A stretch of DNA of 64,000 nt, taken from Oikopleura dioica (lineage: Eukaryota; Animalia; Chordata). A program made the translations under genes and the position numbers. Position 1 is the first letter of the stretch. The number at the start of each line of letters is the position of its first letter. The stretch is from positions 12,090,001 to 12,154,000 of the forward strand of contig OU015566.1 in NCBI GenBank assembly GCA_907165135.1, in the 5' to 3' direction. The notes under the pieces were generated by a model that worked only from the letters and a program-made list of their open reading frames with translations, was not told the DNA's origin and did not search any database. This document shows positions 12,064 to 24,367 of this stretch, piece after piece.

Positions 12064-14390
12064 ATGTGCGACAAGTGGGAGCCTCTTATCATGATTTTCG
12101 GGCCTACTGGTGTTGGCAAATCACAGCTTGGCATAGAAATTTCAAAGAAATATAACGGAGAGGCAGCGTTTCAAAATTTTATAATTGAAAACTACGAATT
12201 TTGAGCTATTTTGAGCGCATTAAAGGTTATTTCAATGGATTCTATGCAGGTTTATGACGAGCTCGATATTCTCACGAATAAAGTGACGACCGAAGAAGCA
12301 GAGGGAATCCCCCATCACTTATTGTCCATCAAGTCGGTGGAAAAACAATTTAATGTTCGTGATTTCATTCAAAGAGCTGATGAGTTAATAGCAGACATCC
12401 GTAGCCGAGGAAAATTACCACTTCTTGTTGGAGGAACAACCTACTACGCGTTTTCCTTTTTCCTCAGATCAAGCAATGCGTCTTTAACCAAAAACGAAGA
12501 GATAATGGACGAAATTGAGCTCATCCGGAGCTCTTCGCTAGACTCAACAGAACAAGAATCAAATTTATCCGACCTGCTCAAACGACTCGACCCAGAAGCA
12601 TACAAGCTTGTCTGGAACAACCCGAAGAAGATAGGAACCTACTTGGAGAGCTACGCTTCTCATGAATCGATCATTGAGCGCAATAAAAACTCAAAAGTTG
12701 TTCATGAAGACACTCTCATCTTTTGGATATCAAGTGATCGAAAGGTTCTCAATGAAAGGATCGACAAGAGAGCGGATGGAATGGTGACAAAGGGGTTGCT
12801 AGAAGAAATAAAGCAGTTTGAAGAGAAGTATGGCGTAGTGATGGGTTCGTCGAAATACATTGTAATCAAAGATGAGAATCTTTCGCGACCCAAATAAAGA
12901 ACGTTTTGATCAGACTCAATTTGCTTCGATTGGATTAAAGCAACTACGCCCTCTTATCAAGAGTGATGCAAGGTTAGTCGTTCTCGTTTATCATTTCATC
13001 ATTTTATTGAGAAATTATGACTAGTAGTTGCAGACAAGAAAATGTCGAGGCGGCAGAGCAGGGAAGACTTTCCAGCGATTGAAACCTTCGCGCACTTTTC
13101 GCCAGGCTTGGGCATTTTGGGCGGGTCGATCACGAGTGCATTTTGGATCTAAGAACTCAATTGATTTCTTTATCAAAATAGCATAAGAATACTTAGAAAG
13201 ACATTAGATCTGGGATCGCGGCAATCTTTCCATCTCGTTTCCATTTCTCTGTAATAGACTCGACATCCTTCCATGACTTCTTCTGAGGCATATTCAGGGG
13301 CAGGCGGGCAGTAGCAGGTTACCTCAGTGCAGTGCTCGTGATCTTATAAGATATTCTTAAAAAAGGCCAGATCATCAACTATGAATTACCTTCTTCAAGT
13401 TTGCCCGGGTGCAGTTTATGAAAAGTAATGCCCAACTGATACCAACAAGTAAACATCGTCGGGCAAGAAGTGCTATTTACTGCAGATTCAACTGGCAAAG
13501 AACAGGTCGATCCACTTCCTTGGATCCAACCATGAGATGGCCACTAAATCTCTATAAAATAGGATTCCAAGGATTTTTCAGCTACCTGAAACACGGCAAA
13601 ACATTTCGCGATAAGAAAAACTATCAGCTTCATAATTTGCACTCTTTCTAAAACGAAATTTGTCTGGAAGTGTCACTTGCCAAATTGACCTCCCTTGTCA
13701 ACCCAAGTCCACGACATAGCGCCCCGATTCTATTATTGGGAAAGCGCCAATTTTCCATGTTTAGTAACCAAGATCGCGAAAGATGCATTGGCGCCCTGAA
13801 AACAGTCACCAAACGATACGCCGCGCAACAGGAAAAATACATCAAAAATAAGTTTTGTCATTCAATTAGGCCGCCTAAATTACCGCCTGTCTATCAACTT
13901 GATGCTACGGATATATCAAACTGGGTAAAAAACCCAATCCACGAAGTAGTCAATCCGAAATTCAGAACGAAAATGTCCGGGACAAAGCTTTCTCCGGAGT
14001 TGACGAGTACATGGATCGTAAATCCCCCGAGATAAGCGTGCATAAAGGTCAAAAGTCGCCTGGTAGTTGCTTGTCGTCTTTAATGAAGTTTTCAGTGAAT
14101 GATGAATCGATTTGTGACAGTATTGAGGACTACTTCAAACGTAAAATTGGAATGAATGTGCTTGAACGATGCGATGACTGTGATGTTACAGGAACTGTTC
14201 TTGACTACTGTAGCAGTATTTCTACCGACTCAAAGGGAGGACCCAATCAAGAACAGAGAAAGTGACACACGATCAGATGAAAAATCATACAGAAAGTAGA
14301 AGGCATCAAAAACGCGTAAGGGGCCTGCGAAGAAAAGCCGAAAATCTTGCGAAGAGGGATTCGCTTAAACTGCAAAAGTCTTCCGTTTGA
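12064..14390 (+). CDS. TRIT1: tRNA dimethylallyltransferase (MiaA/TRIT1)
   Basis: GPTGVGKS P-loop, GEVISMDSMQVY, PHHL, VGGTTYY, FASIGLKQ, ALKTVTKRYAAQQEKYIKNKF and a C-terminal C2H2-like finger (CDDC...H..SRRH). Contains a GC-AG intron and a 792-nt intron (12973-13764). Confidence 0.9.
13021..13633 (-). CDS. Nested antisense gene: secreted Cys-rich orphan protein (159 aa, 4 exons)
   Basis: Exons 13633-13586, 13543-13390, 13342-13193 and 13148-13021 are joined by 42, 47 and 44-nt GT-AG introns into one 480-nt frame, MKLIVFLIAKCFAVFQWPSHGWIQG...HFLVCNY*. Signal-peptide-like start and 10 further Cys. Confidence 0.75.
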
Positions 14391-14781
14391 AAATATACCT
14401 GCCTTGTTCCGTGGAAGCTCGTTCTCTTCAATTGAAACATTTCAAATTGAAGCTAAAACTCGTTTTATTGAACTTTCAATTGTTTATTTACTAACAATAT
14501 GGAGCAGAGAATGATTTTGAGTCAGTATAACAACGGTTTGATTGCTTTTACAGTAAATTTTCTGGATTTTTAATGATTCGATTTTCGACGAAGCGAAGGG
14601 TGTGCTCGATGATTATGAAGAACGACAGCGAGTTTCAATTTTCATTTTGGAGTTTGGAACAAGCGTTTTTGAATGCATTTTATTGTTTTCTAAAAACAGA
14701 TGAGCACGGAGAGTGGTGGGTAGTTGAGTTACCATTGTAGGAATCAATGATTTCGAAGATGGTTATTTGAAGAAGGAAACT

Positions 14782-15821
14782 TTAATCTCGTCGGCGTTTT
14801 CGCTCTTTTTCGTTTTCTTTCTTTGAGAGGATGATGAGGATCTTTCGGAAGAGGGAGACGAAGTCGATGAAGAGATCGAGCGAGTGGTGGATGAAGTCTC
14901 GGTCGCCGGCTTCGTATCGGGCGACGATGAGCTGAGTGTCGTAGCAAACGAAGCCGGACATGACGCAAACTCCGCCGTACAAAAGCATATCCTGTACTCC
15001 AGTGCTGAATATTCGCTAGTGTCTGACTTCAGAAAGCGTTTTCCTACCTTCCGATAAAGAGGTTCATGAGAGAAATGACAGCCATTGAGAGCAAGCAGGA
15101 GCTGAGCATGGAACCGAGGTAGAGCATGCTTCGCTGTTGGGTCAAAAGAGCGCACTAGAATTGAGAATAATGAGGAATTACGAGGTTTTGACGTTTTCTT
15201 ACGAGAGAGAAGGCGATGAAGACGGAAGCAGTGAGGCTCAAAGCGGTTGGAACGAGAGCAGGGTTGATTCTTGTGGAAAATTCAAGAAGAGGTCGGAGAC
15301 CCGCGCCGGAGAGAACACCAAAGGCCATCAGCTTCACGAGACGGTCTTTCTGGGAGGTTTTGTTCGTTGCTAGAAAGAGGGATATGATGATGGAAGGAGC
15401 TGTTGATTTTACCGATGTTGTAGATGAGGTACATGCTTCCGAGCATGTTGATCCAGACATTGGCGAGAATTGGAACGATATGAGCGAGAATAGAGCCACC
15501 AGCAGCTGCGAGAAGGGTCAAAGTCAAAGCGGAGTAGACTTTTTTCAAGTGTTGTCGGGTGTCACTTCGGACTAAAAGCAGAAAATGAGGAGACGGATAC
15601 GAGGAAAAATAATGAAAAGAAAACTTACTGAATCCTGGAGGCCTAATTACAGCGATAGCCATTATTTTTTGAGTGTGAAATTTATTTACGAAGATAAATT
15701 GGTAGTTTTCATTTGTTTTTTTATGAAAAATCATTTGGAAAATTTCTAGAGAAGACTTACGGTGACTCATTGTAAAGATCTTCTCCATACTGGGTTGAGC
15801 CCTATTCATAAAGTCCATCAT
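14782..15821 (-). CDS. TMBIM6: Bax inhibitor-1 (TMBIM6)
   Basis: RQHLKKVYSAL, RLVKLMAFGVLSGAGLRPLL, YGGVCVMSGFVCYDTQLIV...GDRDFIHHSLDLFIDFVSLFRKILIILSKKE are BI-1 signatures. Confidence 0.92.
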
Positions 15822-16237
15822 CTTCACTTCCACTCAATTGTCTAAAATAATAAAATTGTTCTTCTCCTGGTCTCTCTAACTTTAGGGCAATAAAACTGAA
15901 CTCGAGAAAGAAAAACAGCAAAAAAAGTGGAGAAAGGCCACGTCGTTCTTAGCGCGGCCAATGGGAAAAACGAGCGCCGCGCTAAAAATTCCGATAGAAG
16001 CAGAGAAAAGTCTGGAATATGATTCATTCTCCTGTTAATTTACTTTGTTAAATGATAAATATCATATATTGATACATGTTTTAGAGCTGGGGTCAGTTCC
16101 GAGCAACTAAATATTTGTCTTCTGTAATATTTCTGATAAATTTTAGATTAGTAATAAAAATATAATCTTCATAATAAATGCATATAACAAAGAAGTAAAT
16201 ACGGTCTTTGCTTTTCAGAAAATATAAATTTTGCCAA

Positions 16238-16505
16238 ATGTCCGATAGCGCTGTTTATCAAGAATGCTGTGGTTCGATCTTGCGGCAAATTATTTCTGCC
16301 AAATCGAAGCCAGAATTCGATGAACTCTGTCTTGAATCAATCTGGTTGTACGAAGATCATATTTTGAGAAGGTAATTTCCGATTCAATGAAGATGTTTCG
16401 TAATTTTTCTACTTCATCAGATATTGCCGATTCTTGGCGGCTAGACAGCAAGTTCTAAGAACTGTTTCACAATTTCTTAAATCCTTTGAAAATTTTATAG
16501 TTTAG
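16238..16505 (+). CDS. Small two-exon orphan gene (~72 aa)
   Basis: ttttcag acceptor upstream; exon 16238-16371, 49-nt GT-AG intron, exon 16421-16505 in frame: MSDSAVYQECCGSILRQIISAKSKPEFDELCLESIWLYEDHILRRYCRFLAARQQ... The 3' end is uncertain. Confidence 0.5.
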
Positions 16506-17534
16506 AGCTTAATTTTGAAGGCCTTTGAAATAGAATAATCTTGTGATGGCTTGAATTATTAAACTCATCAAAGTCACCTTGCCAATTTAAAAATCAATAT
16601 GTTTCGCTTTTATCATTTTATGGCAAAAACATATTTTTTAATTTTAATTTTTGAGAATTTAAAAAAAAGAGAGGTGAGATTTTTTTTTTCTATGAAAAAG
16701 GTCTTTTTGGGAAATTGAATAATGGAATGTATTTATCAATGATTTTGCATGAGTTTTATTTTTTACTTTATGTTAGCGTAGTTGTTTTCCTGCTAAATAC
16801 CGCTATCCAGATCGTTTTCTTAATTGCCCATTATAATGTTATCAGACGCGAATGTCTAGACAGGCTTCCCATCGTTCTTATCAACTCCCGTTTCGACTTT
16901 GCTCATTTTGTCTACATATTAGCGGCCTCTAAGAGATTTTATTCCATTCAGAGCGTTGCGGCACTTTTAATAAAGGAACTAGTTTAGTACTTGGTGATCA
17001 TTTTTACCCAAAATAGGGACTTGTGTGGATAGTTGCTGGCTATATTTGTTATAATGACAAGGGAGCGCCGCCCGCCCCGTGAGCGCACTGAGTGGAAGTT
17101 TCAGCTCCCCTACGACTTATAGTAAAGCGGCGCGCGAAAACTATACTCAGCTGCAAATTCCTTTTAAGAAATCCAAGAACCTCCGAGTTAAAGAAAAATA
17201 TCCCGATTTTAAAAATACCTTTTTCCTTTTCCAAGTTGCTGCAAAAGTGACTAGAGCCCCCAACTCGCCGCCCACCGACCACACCGATTAGCATTGTCCC
17301 CCCGTGACCAGCCTGAGGAGCTCTAGCTCTCACTGCGGGTTGCCCAATCGCTCTTGCTCCGCCTCTAAGCTCAGCCTAATAAATAACCTAGAAAATAGGA
17401 TCCCTCGTCGTCAAGGGGCTTACGCTGCACAAACACCTGCGCTAACGCTATCGAAATAAGATCACAAGAAGGATCACCAAGAGAAAAGACAAAGAAGAGA
17501 ATAATCGGCGAAGAAGAAGGCTGGGATTTTCCGC

Positions 17535-20500
17535 ATGGCTTGTCCGCCGAACCAGACAGAGAGTACACCTGGAAGTCATCATCATCCTCACTCGGATCCT
17601 CACCCGCACATTCCGGCGCACCAAGGCGGCCTAGGATTTCAGCCCTACTCGGACTTGCCTACCGAAGCCTCCCATTATGGCGCGTCATCAACTACCCATC
17701 ATCTGGAAACACACTCATCCCTGCATCAAGCTCCCTATTCATCGGTACACTCAAGCTTAGGAAAAGGTTCACTTTTGTTCAGTAATTATCCCCTTTTAAG
17801 GATGAGCAAAATTAATAATTCATCCGTTATGAGTGCTTCTTTACTTCAAGAAAAAAAATTAATATAGTATGATGATGGCACGGTTTTAGTTTAAAAGCGC
17901 TTCTCTGAAGATATATTTTTGCTGCTGTGCCAATGCTCGTCATACGAGTATAGGCTAATACGTACGGGATTAGTGCTATTCTAAAGTTACTGATATTTTT
18001 CGGTACTTCTTTTATTCCACCGAGAATTATTTGTGTAAGACCGTTTTTCAATGGTGACCAACTGATTGAGCGGTGAAAGGTGTAAACGGAAGTTGGTATT
18101 ACTGATTAATGTCTACAGCATATGGGGGCATAAAATGGCCAATCATCCGTTACAATCGCATTATGTTGGCGACATCGATTAGGGAAAAAAACGGGCATGG
18201 TGGGAAGGACCCTTGACCAAGGTACACGACCAAAAACATGACAACTATTTAACCGGAACGAAAGTGAGACTTCACTTTCGACACCCATATGTAAACAAAA
18301 AGAAAAACAACATTCTAGTGTTGTGCTTGACCTGCGTCTCAATACTTGTTTAGGTTAATTATTTTTAAGGGTATCTACATTCTCCATTAGTAGTATAGTA
18401 CTTTGATTATGAGAATTTGAAATAGATAAAGTCTTATGATCATCTTCTTATTGAGAAGTTGTTTATCTGTCTGTCTAGGGACCAATTTATACTTCCAACA
18501 ACCGATAAACTTTCCGATACAAAGTTGAAAAGAGTACGACTTGTACGAGTAATGTCTGTTCAAAAGAATACTTTTGACAAGGAGGGACCTCATTGTCGCC
18601 AAACGTCGTAGTCTATTGATTAAATATTCAGAACCAAACGAAATAAAGGGTCGATTTATTTTGTTTTCGAGGGGCGTAAAACTCGCTTAATCCCCATTTG
18701 ATCAATATTTAAATAATTCATCCCTCCCCGAGGCTTATTTAGCACTGGACATTCGTTGAACCATATCCAACGGAGGGGCACAAACTTGGCTTTTGTTTTA
18801 TTTTTCTATATCGAGAAGATAAAGATGAATTCTATCTTTAGTGAACTTTTAAAAAAAGAGGGCTCTAGTCAACATCAAGAGAGTTCCGGTGGCTTCCAGA
18901 ATTCCTTCAATCAATTACTTCAAACCTCACAGCCAAGTCAGCAGGTAAAGTCAACGAAGAACTCATGATGAATTCGGAGTAGCATTTTCACAAGGAATAA
19001 TTTAGTTTGACATTAGTCAGCAGATGCAACACCTGCATCAGATGAGGATGCTTCAAAGCTTGGGACAGTACAGTCAGCTTGGCTTTTCTGGCTTGAACCC
19101 GAGTGCGTACGGAGTCAACTCCCAACAGAGCGCTGATCACCACCACGGCCTTGATCTTGGAAGAGATCCACTGGTACGTTTTAAGCGAGAATTACGGAAA
19201 CCTAAGTTAAATCAGAAGGATCACCGATCCATTGGCGGTGGAAAACATGTCGACACCAAAAAACAAAAACGCAAAAAGTCCTCCAACGTCAAGCGACCGA
19301 CTACAGCATACCTTTATTTTGTATCAAAATATCGAGAAGAGCTGAAGTCCGCCGGCGACTCCATGCCAAAGGTTAGTGCCGCACTCACAACAGATAAACT
19401 TACGCTGAGGTTTGAAAGCAAGCAAAGGAGATGATGCAAGAGTGTGCTGCCAAGTGGAGGGCAATGACTGACGAGGAGAAGCGCCCATATCATGAGTTGG
19501 CCTGCATAGACAAGGTAACGAGACTCATCAATAATATCTTGGGTTTCCAACTTTATATAGGAGCGCTGGGTAAACGAAAAGGCAGCTGAGAAGAAACCAA
19601 AAGATCAGTGGAGACCAAAACGTCCGCCCAGTGCGTATTTTCTTTTTCTGAAGGATTTCCGAGCAGGCTGGAAGGCTGATAGCTGCAACGATACTGCAGG
19701 AAGTGAAGATGAAAATGAGAACACTGTGGATATGAAAGTAAAAGGCGAACTTGAAGATGAAGATGGATCCAAACTGACGATTTGTGATGAAGATGGTCCA
19801 GAGAAGAAGATGAAAATGGACGAAGACAAGTCAAAGAAACTTGTAAGAGTGAAAATTTGAAAGAGCTATTGGAATTAAAAATATCTTAGAACCCCCAAAA
19901 AGAGATTACCAAACGAGCTGGCTCTAAATGGAACTCAATGACTGAAGATGAAAAAGCACCTTATGTAGCAAAAGCTCTCGAGAACCGCGTTAAATGGGAA
20001 AAACAATTGCAAATTTACAAGAATGAGATCAAGAATGGCGTAAGTAATTCTATTCGCCCTTCTATTAGGGGCCAAACCAAAATCAGGAAGTATAAAGATG
20101 GGAAGTGACAAAAATGGAAGTGATACTTTTGGAATGGGTTTTCATTGGCCGGTAGGCCAAATGCAGCGATCTTATTGGTCTTCAGAAAATGCACTTCCTT
20201 TTTTGTCGCTTCCTATCTTTAAACTTCCTTTTTTTAGTTTGTGCCTCTATTAGATTTATAAATTATAAGCCCAAAAGACATTAAAGTCAATTTAATTTTA
20301 GAAAACAGGAGAACAAGCCGCAGGAAAGCTTCACGAATTAACCGAGGGCGGTGAGTCGGCATTGAATGAAGCAGTAGCGGATTTACCCTCAAAAATGTCT
20401 CCAGATCCGCTTCCGGAAACAATACTCAAAAGCGAACCTTCCGCCGAGTCTAGTACTACCCCGGGTAGTATCCCGCATCCAGATCTCTCTATGACTGACA

Positions 20501-21019
20501 GGTGAGGACTTAGTATTGCAAGAATTTGGACTCACTTAAATTTCAGCCCTCATTCCCATCACGCTGCTTCGCCATTGTCCCGCTCTTCTGCTCCAGTCCA
20601 GTCTTCCCCTGTTTCTGGATTCCCACAGAATATCGCTTCTACTCACTCTACCCCGCCTTCTATCCACGGCAACCTTCCAACCAGCCCTCTCTCGCAGCAA
20701 AAAAGTCCAAATCAGCAAACTATTCCAGCTACTCAAATGCAGCACGCCGGCCTTATCAACCAGTTTCTCCAGCAACATTCAACTGACTCTACACTTCATC
20801 ATTCTCAACAAGGACAGCAATCGCAGCCAATGTTCCATCATCAAACTCCGTTTGGCCACCACCATCAACAACAACAGCCAAATCAACAACTTGATCAGCA
20901 GCTTCGCCAACAACACCCTCAAGGTAATAACAAAAGCTTTCTTTCTTGATATCACTACAACATTTCAGCTCAATTCGAACCCTGGCAGCCATCCCTCTTC
21001 CCCGGCCAGTCGTCGCTGA
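17535..21019 (+). CDS. Tandem HMG-box protein (HMGB-like boxes) with His/Gln-rich extensions
   Basis: Box 1 KRPTTAYLYFVSKYREEL...AAKWRAMTDEEKRPY; box 2 KRPPSAYFLFLKDFR...AGSKWNSMTEDEKAPY. Q/H-rich exons at 17535, 18825, 19021 and 20547-20922. How the 17535 exon connects is uncertain. Confidence 0.75.
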
Positions 21020-21551
21020 GATGAAGCAAAATAACTTATAACCACACACTGCCATAAACAAGTTCATCATTGACATTTCTTTGTAAAATATCAATTTATA
21101 GCTTTGGCGAAGATTCTTCGCTCAGATAGCTTCCTGCTGGTCCTACCTCCGGCTTTATTATCATTGAAACTCAGAATTCGCGCTTTGAAACGAGCTACAA
21201 ACAAATTTTTACCTGGTGCCTACCTACAGACCACCCTATACTATTCTCTGTAACTCTGGGTTGATATTTCTTCATCTATAATTCCGAAATAATGAGTTTG
21301 ATAATGATTGATACCGTTAAGTGTTTCCCCGTCCATAAAACCTACTATTTCATGAATAAAGTGCGCAAATTGAATGATAAAAATTCATCGTGAAGTCACT
21401 GGGAATAAAAATTATTACGAGCATCAAAAGTCAACTTTTAATTCTCGCGCGTTTAATTGATTGGCCGACAAAAGAGTATAAACTTCTTTATTGAAAAAGA
21501 GATAACGGGAAATATAATTAAACGTATTGAACCTCTTCTTCCAAGAGTAGA

Positions 21552-23878
<2,327 letters not shown>

Positions 23879-24367
23879 TCATCCATTGTCTCTTGTATCC
23901 ATTATTTCTGTATAACGAAATTGTTATCGGATTTGCACCAATATTCAATATTGTGTTATTGGAATCTCACAACATCTAATCGTCAAACAAAAGCTCACAA
24001 CTTCTACTCAATATTCAGGATTAAAACAAACGTCTCCTGACATGATAACTCTAGGCTAATTCCCCTTCAAATCAATGATACTACTATTAATATTTATTAA
24101 AAGAACATCTGATGTTATGGATGGTTCATCTGTATACTGAATATACTGGCTTTTGAAACTGCTCGACATACAAAATCGATCTGACTTTATGCTTTTCAAT
24201 GTTTCGCTTTAGATGCCGTTAGACTGAAAAATCGGAAAAACCAGCCTCGCTTCCTACTTTTGTCCATATCGGTTGGACATTTGAAAAGGTAACCCTCTGG
24301 TCCTCGCTCAAGCTCCTTCCAATCTCTACTATTTCCTTCTCTCTCCTCCTAAAACCTCTTTGCCAGA

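Noticed and set aside
14185-14262. Possible GG/GA-donor intron in the TRIT1 zinc finger
   Set aside because: A frame change is required here and finger spacing favours a non-GT donor, but GT alternatives exist. It cannot be fixed without reads.
15939-15960. CCACG and CCAAT near the BI-1 promoter as an ER-stress element
   Set aside because: Order and spacing do not match ERSE (CCAAT-N9-CCACG) or ERSE-II on either strand.
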